In this document: piece by piece, positions 1 to 9,560 of the stretch
Position numbering within the stretch: the first letter of the stretch is position 1
Layout of the letters: each line of letters begins with the position of its first letter
Made by a program: the position numbers and the translations under genes
Notes under the pieces: model-generated
Seen by the model: only the letters and a program-made list of their open reading frames with translations
What the model was told of the DNA's origin: nothing
Databases searched by the model: none
NCBI GenBank assembly: GCA_050331735.1
Contig: JBHJGN010000024.1
Location: 1-64,000, forward strand
Length of the DNA stretch: 64,000 bases
Reading direction: 5' to 3'
Source: Cyanophyceae cyanobacterium
GTDB taxonomy: Bacteria > Cyanobacteriota > Cyanobacteriia > Cyanobacteriales > JBHJGN01

Positions 1-139
1 ACTACTAAAGACGGAGGGAACACCCGTCTCTGCTAGTGGAGGAAATGTCAGACCAACTCGCGGTCGCAAGACTAAGACAAGGCAATTTCCTGCGAAGCTA
101 GAAACCCCTGCTTCAACGAAGTAAGCAGGGGTAGTTCAT
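1..139 (+). mobile_element. Right end of an IS200/IS605-family element (tnpB 3' end and subterminal hairpin), cut by the window edge
   Basis: Frame 2..124 reads LLKTEGTPVSASGGNVRPTRGRKTKTRQFPAKLETPASTK*, resembling cyanobacterial TnpB tails. Hairpin ACCCCTGCTT/AAGCAGGGGT (104-132) is followed by AGTTCA, like IS605-group right ends. Confidence 0.75.
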
Positions 140-839
140 GCAATCGTTTCTGCTCTCGTTGAGCCAAAAAATAGCACTCTCCAGCCGTGGCTTCTAGAGC
201 CTGCCGATCGAGGATGGTAATTTGTCCGCGACTGTAGCGAATGATGCCAGCTTCACGCAGGGGTAAAGCGGCTTCGCTGACGCTCGCGCGCCGGATTCCT
301 AGCATTTCGGCAATCAGCTTTTGCGTCAGGGGAAGCTGTTCTGTCTGCACCCGGTCGTGAATGGCTAACAGCCAATAGGCAAACTGCTGCCGAATCGAGA
401 AATGAGTTTTACATACGACCGTCTGTGAAATCTGGTTTAGGAGGGTCTGAGTATAGCGAAGTAATACCTTCTGTAGCTTGCCGCCTCGGTCGAATTCCTG
501 CTTGATGCGTTGGCTATTGATTTTGACTGCCTGACCAGCAATTTGGACCACGGCTTGATTCATACTGGTAAAGTTTCCGCCCAGCAAAACAGGCAGTCCC
601 ACCATCCCTTCAATACCAATCAGACCAATTTCAGTCGTCGCGCCGTCTTCCAACAGCGACACTAGAGAAACAACGGCTTCGGTCGGAAAATAAACCTCGG
701 TAATCAGTTCGGCCACTTCATAGAGAACTTGTTCTGCCTGAAGAGAGACCTGCTTCAAGTACGGAGCTAGACGCTGATAATCTTCTGAAGACGAAAGGGT
801 TGCCAACAGTTTGTTATCTGACACATCTCGAATAGACAT
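72..839 (-). CDS. Crp/Fnr family transcriptional regulator; the last ~22 codons read through the IS end
   Basis: cNMP-binding-like domain (TTEIGLIGIEGMVG), HTH LTQKLIAEMLGIRRASVSE, C-terminal GECY. Confidence 0.9.
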   Translation of the reverse strand: MSIRDVSDNKLLATLSSSEDYQRLAPYLKQVSLQAEQVLYEVAELITEVYFPTEAVVSLVSLLEDGATTEIGLIGIEGMVGLPVLLGGNFTSMNQAVVQIAGQAVKINSQRIKQEFDRGGKLQKVLLRYTQTLLNQISQTVVCKTHFSIRQQFAYWLLAIHDRVQTEQLPLTQKLIAEMLGIRRASVSEAALPLREAGIIRYSRGQITILDRQALEATAGECYFLAQREQKRLHELPLLTSLKQGFLASQEIALS

Positions 840-1249
840 GTAAATATTAAAATTTTAGACAAAAATTAAGAGATTAGTCGGCGTCGCTTGATCGGCCATC
901 AAACAGACACAGGCTTCAAAAGCATAGTTCGCTCGGTCGACAATCAATTTGAGGAGGACAAAGCTGAATTAGCAAAGATGAGTATGGTTATTACTAAACA
1001 TTCATTCTTAAAAAGAGCATTTGTCGGTACGATTTCGGATTTACAAACCAAAGCTGTTCAACTATGTTTAACGTTTATGTACACCTTGAAAAAAACGATC
1101 AGGTTTTTAATCAGCCGTAATAAAAGTTGATAAATACTGCTTCTCCTGGTGTGCTCGCGTTGTTGTCAACGCTTGTAAGAGGAGGTTGCTTCTATTGCTA
1201 GCGCCTCATTTTGTATTCATTTGCTGCTAGCAGAAGTTTGTTGCGATAG

Positions 1250-2469
1250 ATGCAGAACAGAGAACGGTATCGCCTATTAATAGCCGCCGAGGAAGTCCCC
1301 TTGGCCAAGGCGATGACTCAGAGTTTGTGGAATCTAGGCTATGAAGTCGCCGGTCCTGTTAGGCAAGCAAATCTACGGTGTCATGGCTCAAACTCGACCA
1401 TACTTAGTGCTGATCGAGCTTTCGCTATCTAGCAGTCTTGATGCTATCAACACAGCCGTTCAGATTCGCGTTCAGTCGGGCCTGCCTGTAGTTTATTTGG
1501 TGGCGAACACTAATAGTCAGTTAATCGAGAAAGCCAAATTAACCTTTCCTGCAGGCTATGTCTTTACTCCCTTCAAAGCAGCAGAACTTCGCGCCATCGT
1601 CGAACTCGCTCTGCATCAGCATCAGTGCCAGTCTTCGCCCCAAGAACGCGAGCACCAACCGCACATACAAAAGACTTGCCATCTCCATCCTCAGTTAGGT
1701 CATCTGCTGCAGTCTTTTTTGACGAGCGCCGCTCAATCGCTGCTGCTTCTGAGGCTTCGCTGGCAGGGAGGTTATCAAGAGCGGCAGCTACTTAGATCAA
1801 GCCCAAACAACGATCAAGCGCTTGATTACCTCTATTGGCAACGTACTCACGCTAGAACACTTAGAGGACTATCATTGTACGCCAACGTTGCTCGATCTCA
1901 ATCAGTTCTGTCGTCAATTCATCCTCGATCTCCAAACCAAAGAAGAACTTCAGCAAGAAATAGAGTTCACTCAAATCCATCCTCTAATTCCGGCAAACTG
2001 GCCCAGCGGTGACAGCCAGACACTTACGAGTACCACCGAGGCAAGCAGGCAGTCACCAGTCAGTTCCAGCGACGCTCCCGCAGCCGCTCACAACAATCTT
2101 GGTGCTTGGCTGTGTTTAGACAAGCACCTAGTTGCCATTATTTTGAACAACCTTTTAATCAATGCCAGTCATTTTTCTCGCCGCAGCACGACGATCTATC
2201 TTGATTTAGATTGCGAACACGAAGAAGTCATTTTCCGAGTTCACGACCGAGGACTTGGCATTCCCAGCCGAGACCGCCTGCGTCTCTTTGAACCCTATTG
2301 CCGCGGCAGCAACACCCAAAATTTCGGACTCGGCGTGGGGTTGGCTTTGGTGAAACACTGTGTCAATCTCCACAGAGGGACGATAGTGATTGAATCAGAA
2401 GAAGGAGCCGGCACAACGGTCATTGTTCGTCTTCCTTCATCGGGACTCATTCCTGAGAGCGAAAGTTAG
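1250..2469 (+). pseudogene. Hybrid receiver/histidine-kinase gene split by two frameshifts (about 1360 and about 1790)
   Basis: Receiver N-terminus in ORF 1250 (RLLIAAEE...LGYEVAG). The receiver continues in ORF 1341 (RPYLVLIEL...GYVFTPFKAAELRAIVELAL). HATPase in ORF 1822 (NNLLINA, DRGLGIP, FEPYCRG, GLGVGLALVK). Confidence 0.7.
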
Positions 2470-2478
2470 CCAAAATCG

Positions 2479-2922
2479 CTACGTTCCTGACTTCACGTTC
2501 CGTGGAAAACTAGGAACAATCGAAGCCTGCTGAGGGTTATCGTCTGGTTTGGTATACCAGTAGGCCCAGGAAACTAACACAAACTGAAACGGTAGACGAA
2601 TGGCTTGAAACCACAGAGAGTCTGGCACTCCATCGAGGTGAATGTGATTGACTGCCATGTTGATATTCGACGGATAAACAGCAATGAACAAAGCGACAAG
2701 CCCCCAAGCAGCCGCGCGACTAACAGGAGGTGTTAGGAGACCAATCCCGCCGAGAATCTCAAAAACGCCACTAATGTAAACCAAAGCCAGAGGAGAAGGT
2801 AAGAAATCTGGTACGATTTTAACGAACGGCTCGGGAGCAATAAAGTGTAGCGCCCCGGCAACCACGATACAAATTGCGAGAATAACTCTCAGTAATTCTT
2901 TGTTTTGTTGAATCAGTAACAT
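2479..2922 (-). CDS. DoxX-like membrane protein
   Basis: Four hydrophobic segments; AGALHF, SGVFEILGG, VYPSNINMA and RLPFQ motifs. Confidence 0.8.
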   Translation of the reverse strand: MLLIQQNKELLRVILAICIVVAGALHFIAPEPFVKIVPDFLPSPLALVYISGVFEILGGIGLLTPPVSRAAAWGLVALFIAVYPSNINMAVNHIHLDGVPDSLWFQAIRLPFQFVLVSWAYWYTKPDDNPQQASIVPSFPRNVKSGT

Positions 2923-3159
2923 ACTGTTGGGGAGGTTTCGTTCAAGGGTGGCGGCTCATTCTCATTTTAGTGAAAGAAAAAGGTTTAAACGGGCTTCCAG
3001 TCAATAGGCTAAACCTTACCTGAGACATTGCGCTTTTCCTTGGCTAGCTGCGAACATAGGATACTATTGTAGACAATAGACCAATATTTAAAAAAAAGCG
3101 GAAGCTTTCTCTAAATGTTGCTCAAATCCGTTTGGCAACAGTAGCTGTGTGCTTCATCT

Positions 3160-5763
3160 ATGCTTAAAAGTTCCCAGAAGCTCCTCGGTACCCTCTTAGA
3201 AGAGGCTGGCTTAGTTACAGCTCAGCAGCTTCAAATTGCTCTTGACGAGCAGTCTCAGGAGCAGCGACGCCTCGGAGAAATCTTAGTACTGCACGGCTGG
3301 ATCCAGCCAAAAACTGCCGAGTTCTTCGCTCAGAAATGGGGAGAAATTCTCCACTCTGGTCAGAAAAAGCCCCTGGAAAAATATTTGAAGGAAGCGGCTC
3401 TGCTCAATGACGTACAGATTTTAGCCATTATCAAAGAGCAGCGGCGGACTGGCCGGAAATTTGGAGAAGTGGCCGTCCTTAGAGGGTGGTTAAATCCTAA
3501 AACCATAGACTTTTTTACTCGGCATCTATCTTCTAAACCTAAACCAAAAAAAACGATCGAAAGCATTATCAAAAATTGGTCTACTGGTAACTTTAGTGCA
3601 GATATTCAAGCAATTCGCACTAGCCTACTCTCTAATACTCAGTGCAATCCGTTTTGGCTACTCAAGCTCTACCAGCAAATTTTGCAGCAGGGAGCAGTGA
3701 CGGCGGATGACACTCCGGAACAGACGGAGCTACGGCAGCTCGGTTTAGTGGTTAATGACCAGGGACGCTTGAAGGTGGCTAGTCCCTATTACCAGAAAGT
3801 ATTTAATCAAAGCTGGGTAGAAGAAGAACTGGCCCAACTGCGGCCCTACAGAAAAATTCGGCTGCCGCTCCAGCTAGAAGAAAAGGCTAGTTCTCCCGAA
3901 AGAGTGCTGCAAGAGGTGCTAGCAAGAACTAAAGGAGAACCCTTTCTCTCTCAACAGCTTTGTCAGTTGATTTGTCACCACCCCTCTTTTATTCGTCAGG
4001 GAGAAGAATCGGACCAGGTTGAGCAGCTAGTGCAGACTTACCTCATTCAAGACTGGCAACAAGGAGTGGCGGCAGAACATCTACACAGGATTGGCGACCA
4101 CCTGTTGCAAAAAGATCGTCAGACAGGTCAGCTCCTCCGACTCTACCAGCAAATTTTGCAGGGAGGCGCGATCGCCGACGGCAGTCTGCCCCAGTCAGAA
4201 CTTCTCCAGACAGGACTAGTGGTTCAGCAGTATGATCGCCTCCAGGTCGCCAATCCGATTTATCAAGCAGTCTTCAATGAGCGCTGGGTCGTCAGCCAGC
4301 TAGCTCAACTATCTAGCCCCAGGCAACCGCACCGGATTTCGTCGCCGTCGCCATCAGCAACGGCGACCCTCCCGCGCCTGGTATTAGAAAAAAAAGCGGA
4401 GTCTCCCTATATCGTTCTGCAAACAATCCTTACCTGGACAGAGCGACAGCCTTTTCTGACTCAAAAACTGTACCAGCTTGTCTATGAATCTGACGCTTAT
4501 ATCATCGCTGGTCAAGAGGCCACCGTTGTTGAGCGATTAGTCCGGGCCAAGCTGATTGACAACTGGCAAGAGGGCGTAGCGGCAGCGCATTTTCAAGCTT
4601 TACATGATCGCCTGTTGGCTAAAGATGGCGGCACTGGTCGTCTGCTCAGACTTTATCAGGATTTGCTCCAGAATCAACCCGTCCGCTCGAGTAGCCAACA
4701 GCAGGACTTGCTGGAGATTGGTTTAGTCAAAGTTAACCGCGGCCTTTGTACCGTTCACAACCCGATTTACCAAGAAATCTTTAGCTTGGCGTGGGTAGAG
4801 CAGGCCTTAGCCCTCCTCGCTACAGGGGAGGCAGACACGAACGCCAAACCGCTGTATCTCTCCTCCTCGGACCCTAAGCCTCGGTTTAAATTAGCGCCCA
4901 AAGTCATGCTGCTGCTAGGAACTGGATTAATCGCTGGCTTATTGCTCGTCGCTAAAATTTTCTCTCGGCATACGCAGATAGACAGTCTCTTTACCGCTGG
5001 AAATCGACACATTAGTGCCGGAAATTATGAAGCAGCCCTAGCAAGCTATCAGGAGCTCCTCAAAATCGATGCGAACTATTATCAAGCTTGGACAAATCGG
5101 GGCTACGCTTTGGCGGGCCTGCAGCAGTATCGTCAGATGCTAAACTCCTGCAAAACCGCTACTCTCATCGAACCGGAGGCTACCTACGCCTGGAACTGCC
5201 AAGGAGAAGCCCATCACAATCTCGCTCAGTATCAAGAAGCAGTAACCGCCTTCGATCGGGCGACCGCCCTCGATGTCACCGATCCGATTTTTCTGCTCAA
5301 CAAGGGAGAAGCGTTACTGGCCCTCGGGCAGCTAACGCCAGCCCTGGACGCGACCGAACAGGCTATTACTCTGTACCAGCAACAGCCGAATCACGATGGC
5401 CGAGAAGTGGCGGTGGCCTTAAGCTTGCAGGGACGCATCCATCGAGAGCAGCAGCAGTACGAAGCAGCCCTAGCCGACTACGAACGGGCGTTAAGTTATG
5501 CCCCGACTTATTTCCCGGCCCAGCGGGACCGGGCCTTAACCCTCAGAGATTTAGGCCGATACGCCGAGGCGCAAACCGAGTTGACAACCATACTTAATTC
5601 CCCGCGGCTCACTGAAGAGCAAAGAGCCGAAACCTGGTTCTATCAGGGACTTACCTTGTGTGATTTGTTGCAGCCCCAGGCGGGAAAAGCGGCTTTTGAG
5701 CAAGCGTTGCTCCTCAAGCCAGACTACGAAGCCGCCGCCGCCGCTCGCAGAAGCTGCGGTTAG
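3160..5763 (+). CDS. Membrane-anchored protein: two MshEN/T2SSE_N-like domains, three helical repeats, one TM helix, C-terminal TPRs
   Basis: LLGTLLEEAGLVT...RRLGEILVLHGWI and KFGEVAVLRGWL; repeated LLxLYQQIL...GLV...NPIYQxVF..WV; TM VMLLLGTGLIAGLLLV; TPRs (AWTNRGYAL, AWNCQGEAH). Confidence 0.75.
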   Translation: MLKSSQKLLGTLLEEAGLVTAQQLQIALDEQSQEQRRLGEILVLHGWIQPKTAEFFAQKWGEILHSGQKKPLEKYLKEAALLNDVQILAIIKEQRRTGRKFGEVAVLRGWLNPKTIDFFTRHLSSKPKPKKTIESIIKNWSTGNFSADIQAIRTSLLSNTQCNPFWLLKLYQQILQQGAVTADDTPEQTELRQLGLVVNDQGRLKVASPYYQKVFNQSWVEEELAQLRPYRKIRLPLQLEEKASSPERVLQEVLARTKGEPFLSQQLCQLICHHPSFIRQGEESDQVEQLVQTYLIQDWQQGVAAEHLHRIGDHLLQKDRQTGQLLRLYQQILQGGAIADGSLPQSELLQTGLVVQQYDRLQVANPIYQAVFNERWVVSQLAQLSSPRQPHRISSPSPSATATLPRLVLEKKAESPYIVLQTILTWTERQPFLTQKLYQLVYESDAYIIAGQEATVVERLVRAKLIDNWQEGVAAAHFQALHDRLLAKDGGTGRLLRLYQDLLQNQPVRSSSQQQDLLEIGLVKVNRGLCTVHNPIYQEIFSLAWVEQALALLATGEADTNAKPLYLSSSDPKPRFKLAPKVMLLLGTGLIAGLLLVAKIFSRHTQIDSLFTAGNRHISAGNYEAALASYQELLKIDANYYQAWTNRGYALAGLQQYRQMLNSCKTATLIEPEATYAWNCQGEAHHNLAQYQEAVTAFDRATALDVTDPIFLLNKGEALLALGQLTPALDATEQAITLYQQQPNHDGREVAVALSLQGRIHREQQQYEAALADYERALSYAPTYFPAQRDRALTLRDLGRYAEAQTELTTILNSPRLTEEQRAETWFYQGLTLCDLLQPQAGKAAFEQALLLKPDYEAAAAARRSCG

Positions 5764-5764
5764 T

Positions 5765-6301
5765 CTAAAACAGCAGTTGCCATAGGGAGGCGAGAGCAGA
5801 CTGGTTAATGCTTGTATAGAGACGGCTGGAGGTTCTCGTCGCGGCTGGCTGAGTCTGTTTGAGTTTGGAGCCTAGCATGTCGTATAGCGCCAGATTTGGA
5901 TTAATCTCTGGGTCAAACGTTATCAGTACATGGGCGCTGTAGCTATCGCATCCCACTCCCCGCCGTTCTACAGCACAGATCGCGGATTGGTTGTTAAGGT
6001 GATCGCTGACTAAATATTGAACTTCGTCGTTTTGGTAGAGTGACTGTAGGGTTTCAGCAGTTTGCCAGCAGTGGCGCACGGCCTCTTCAGGAGAAAAGTA
6101 TTCCGGCAGAAAACTTAACAGCGGCACACTTTGAGTCTGCTCCTGCACAGAAAGAGTGGCCATAATCGTCGGTACGCGGGCAGACAGCTTACAGGCAATC
6201 TCAGGAGTCCTAGCTGTCGCGGGGGCCGCCACCAGATTTGCCAATCCGAGGGCAATGGGGGTAAGTAACAGAGTTAAACGTCGATTGCTCATATTTTCCA
6301 A
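5765..6301 (-). CDS. Secreted COP23-like domain protein
   Basis: Signal peptide; C...VPT, FSPEEAVRHC, LNNQSAICAV...C pattern resembling COP23. Confidence 0.6.
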   Translation of the reverse strand: MENMSNRRLTLLLTPIALGLANLVAAPATARTPEIACKLSARVPTIMATLSVQEQTQSVPLLSFLPEYFSPEEAVRHCWQTAETLQSLYQNDEVQYLVSDHLNNQSAICAVERRGVGCDSYSAHVLITFDPEINPNLALYDMLGSKLKQTQPAATRTSSRLYTSINQSALASLWQLLF

Positions 6302-6427
6302 TTTGTCAAGACCTCATTTCAGGTGCGATGAACGCCAAATCTGTCGGCACCGTCCTCGCCTATAATTTTTGAAGATTTAGATTGAATTTGCTTTTTTTGG
6401 ACAGTAACAATTTAACGTAACACAATA

Positions 6428-9271
6428 ATGAAACCACTATATCGATTACTGCTGCTTACTGGCAATATCTTTTTAGGGATGGTGATCAGTCGTTCCGTTT
6501 CTGCTCAAGTTGCCGCCGATGGCAGTCTTCCTACTCAGGTCAGAAGTTCAGGGCAAGACATTGAAATTACTGGCGGAGCGCAAGTTGGAGACAATCTATT
6601 TCACAGCTTTGAGGAATTTTCTGTCCCGACCAACCACACGGCCTTTTTTAACAACGCGGCCAGCATTGACAATATCATTAGTCGCGTGACGGGCGGCCAG
6701 GTTTCGACCATTGATGGGCTGATTCGAGCAAATGGTGGCGCTAATTTGTTTTTGCTCAATCCGAGCGGCATTCTGTTTGGACCCAATGCGCGTTTAGATA
6801 TCGGCGGCTCGTTTCTCGCTAGTACGGCAGCCAGTCTGCGCTTCGCAGATGGCACTGAATTCATTGCTGCCGCTGGACAGACTCCCGGTCTTACGGTGAG
6901 CGTTCCCGTCGGTTTGCAGATGAGCGATACCGGAGGGGCAATTCAGGTGCAGGGACCAGGACCGTCGCTGACAGTCGCCCAGCCACCGTCGCCCATCCTG
7001 AGAGGAACGAGTGGCGGACTCCAGGTGCAGCCCGGACAAACGTTGGCTCTTGTCGGTGGTCGCGTATCCTCAGAAGCAGGTATCCTAGCGGCACCAGGAG
7101 GTCGAGTCGAGCTGGGGAGCGTCGCCGCTGGCACTGTCGGGCTACAGCCAGCCGCCACAGGTTGGACATTAGACTATCAGGAGGTCCAGAGCTTCCAGGA
7201 TATTCAGCTCACTCGTTCGCTGCTAGATGCGAGCGATACTGGTAGGGTAGGTGGGTCCATTCAGCTTCAGGGACGACAGCTTGAGCTTCAGAATGGTTCT
7301 CTAGCGTTAATTCAAAACTTGGGCAACCAGCCTGCTGGAACCCTGAGCGCTATTGCCTCAGAATCTATTGTCTTAACAGGAACGAATGCTGACGGAACCA
7401 TCCGCAGCGGACTGATCAACGAAGCTTTAGGCAGCGGCGACGGCGGCAATATTTTCGTAACAACCGAGCAGTTAAGCGTTCGAGATGGAGCGACCATTGC
7501 GGCTCAAACTTTTGGTCCGGCAGCTAGCGGCAGTCTTCAGATAGACGCTGCTAGTGTAGATCTTAGCGGAACCAACCGCATCAATCCTGGTATCACCAGC
7601 TCCATTACGGCAACAACATTAGCAGCCAACGGGGGTGAGGCCGGAGACTTAACCATTAATACCGAGCGACTGACTCTCGGCAACGGGGCTTTAATCTCGA
7701 CAGCCACCCTCGGAAGCGCCACCGGAGGAGATATTACCATTCGGGCCTCTGAATCAGTAGAGTTGACTGGTACAGGATTTGAAGAGTTTCAAGGTCTGAT
7801 CCTCACTGGGTTAGATGGCACCGTCGAGCTAGCTGACTTGAGAAGCGGTATTTTGACCGGGACGAGAGCGGGTCAGGCCGGAAACCTGACTATTATCACG
7901 CCCCAGTTAAGCCTGCGAGAAGGAGCCATTGTGACCACGGCGACCCTCGGAGCTGGAAGCGGCGGAGATCTCTTCGTAAACGCCTCTGAGCAGGTGGAAC
8001 TAACGAGTTCTGGGTTGGTCAGTACGGCGTTGGGCAGTGGCAATGCTGGAGATGTCAGTATTGAGACAGGAACCCTAACAGTGCGCGATGGAGCCGTGAT
8101 TTCTACCTCTACGTTGGGTAGCGGTGCGGGAGGAAAATTGACGGTTGAGGCTTTATCCGTAGAGCTGCTGCGAACTCCTGCTGGGGCAGTGATTCCTACA
8201 GGATTATTTACCAACTCTCTCGATGCCCAGAATGAAGGAATCGCTGGCGATCTCACCATTACCACTCAACAGTTAAGCGTTCGCGAAGGAGCGCGCGTCG
8301 CCTCTCAAAGTGGGGGTCAGGTCAACCGACCGGGCGCTCCGCCAATCATTTCGGCGGGAGGGAACGGAGGAGAGCTAACGGTGAATGCCTCAGATTCGGT
8401 TGAAGTTGCCGGAATTTCTCCGGACGGCCAATTTACTAGTGTATTGAGCACGGCGACCTTTAGCGATGCTCCAGCGGGAGACCTAGAGCTAACTACCGGG
8501 CGACTAGTGGTGGAAAATCAGGCAGAGGTCGCCGTTAATAGTTTAGGCTCAGGAGCGGCTGGAGAACTGCTCGTTGAGGCGGATTCGGTGCTGGTTAACA
8601 ATGAAGCGGCAATTAACGCCACTACCTTTTCTGGTCGAGGAGGTACCATTACCATTCTTGCTGATGATGTCCGGTGGCGCAGAAATAGCGAAACGACAGT
8701 CAGAGCGTTGGGCACAGGCAGCGGCGGTAATGTTTTTATTGAGGCAGATACGGTGATTGCGCTTGAAGATAGCGATATTAACGCTAGTGCGGTCGAGGGG
8801 GACGGCGGCAATATTCAAATTACGGCCCAGGGCATTTTTCTGTGTGCAGAATGTGAAGTGATCGCTAGTTCTGAACTAGGTGTTGATGGTGTCGTCGAAA
8901 TCAATGTCCCGGAGACAGAAACTCAGCTCGAATTTCTGGAACTGCCCCAAGAAGTGATTCGCCCCGAACAGGTCATTGCCCTCTCCTGTGCTGCTAACGG
9001 TGACGAGACAGCAAGCCAGTTCACCATCACCGGACGCGGTGGTTTGCCCCCTCGACCGAGCGACCCCCTCAGTCCGCAAGCGTTAGTGACCTTTGAGGCG
9101 GAGGCAGCCGCCGATTCCCCAGAGCCGGCGATCGCTGCTGATGGCGATGCTGCTAGTCTGCCGCCTCCGGCTCAAGGATGGTATCGCAATGAACAAGGAG
9201 TCGTCGTGCTGGCTGCTGAGGGAACGGCCCGTCGCTCCAGCCTCACGCCGCCTGATTGCCATACCCCCTAA
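6428..9271 (+). CDS. Filamentous haemagglutinin-like TpsA exoprotein
   Basis: Signal peptide, TPS domain (NLFHSFEEFSV, NPSGILFG), many G-x-G-G-x-I-x-I beta-helix repeats. Confidence 0.92.
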   Translation: MKPLYRLLLLTGNIFLGMVISRSVSAQVAADGSLPTQVRSSGQDIEITGGAQVGDNLFHSFEEFSVPTNHTAFFNNAASIDNIISRVTGGQVSTIDGLIRANGGANLFLLNPSGILFGPNARLDIGGSFLASTAASLRFADGTEFIAAAGQTPGLTVSVPVGLQMSDTGGAIQVQGPGPSLTVAQPPSPILRGTSGGLQVQPGQTLALVGGRVSSEAGILAAPGGRVELGSVAAGTVGLQPAATGWTLDYQEVQSFQDIQLTRSLLDASDTGRVGGSIQLQGRQLELQNGSLALIQNLGNQPAGTLSAIASESIVLTGTNADGTIRSGLINEALGSGDGGNIFVTTEQLSVRDGATIAAQTFGPAASGSLQIDAASVDLSGTNRINPGITSSITATTLAANGGEAGDLTINTERLTLGNGALISTATLGSATGGDITIRASESVELTGTGFEEFQGLILTGLDGTVELADLRSGILTGTRAGQAGNLTIITPQLSLREGAIVTTATLGAGSGGDLFVNASEQVELTSSGLVSTALGSGNAGDVSIETGTLTVRDGAVISTSTLGSGAGGKLTVEALSVELLRTPAGAVIPTGLFTNSLDAQNEGIAGDLTITTQQLSVREGARVASQSGGQVNRPGAPPIISAGGNGGELTVNASDSVEVAGISPDGQFTSVLSTATFSDAPAGDLELTTGRLVVENQAEVAVNSLGSGAAGELLVEADSVLVNNEAAINATTFSGRGGTITILADDVRWRRNSETTVRALGTGSGGNVFIEADTVIALEDSDINASAVEGDGGNIQITAQGIFLCAECEVIASSELGVDGVVEINVPETETQLEFLELPQEVIRPEQVIALSCAANGDETASQFTITGRGGLPPRPSDPLSPQALVTFEAEAAADSPEPAIAADGDAASLPPPAQGWYRNEQGVVVLAAEGTARRSSLTPPDCHTP

Positions 9272-9492
9272 CAAAGGGGAAGCGCCGCAGGCGCAGGGAA
9301 AAGGGCAAAGGGGAAGGGGAAAAGGGAGGAATAAATCAGCTTATTCCCTGGGCTTGTGTTTTTTTGCCGTCGCGAGCGCGACAGTTCCCCTTTCCCCGTT
9401 CCGCCAGGGACAGATTTCCCTTTCCCCTTTCCCCGTCCCAACGGGACAAGTTCCCCTTTCCCCGTTCCGCAGGAACTATTTCCCTTTTCTTC
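9272..9492. repeat. Family C repeat: AAAGGGG / TTCCCCT heptamer arms around a TGTGTT core, with embedded mini-hairpins
   Basis: Related copies at about 14048, 18125, 40370 and 44004. Confidence 0.85.
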
Positions 9493-9560
9493 TCAATCAA
9501 CAGAGTGCTGACGGAAGAAGAACGTATAATCTTTTTTGTGCTATTTAATACAGTCTCCGC

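Noticed and set aside
9272..9492. Hairpin-containing repeat clusters as a CRISPR array
   Set aside because: No constant direct repeat with unique spacers and no cas genes; the units are heptamer tracts.
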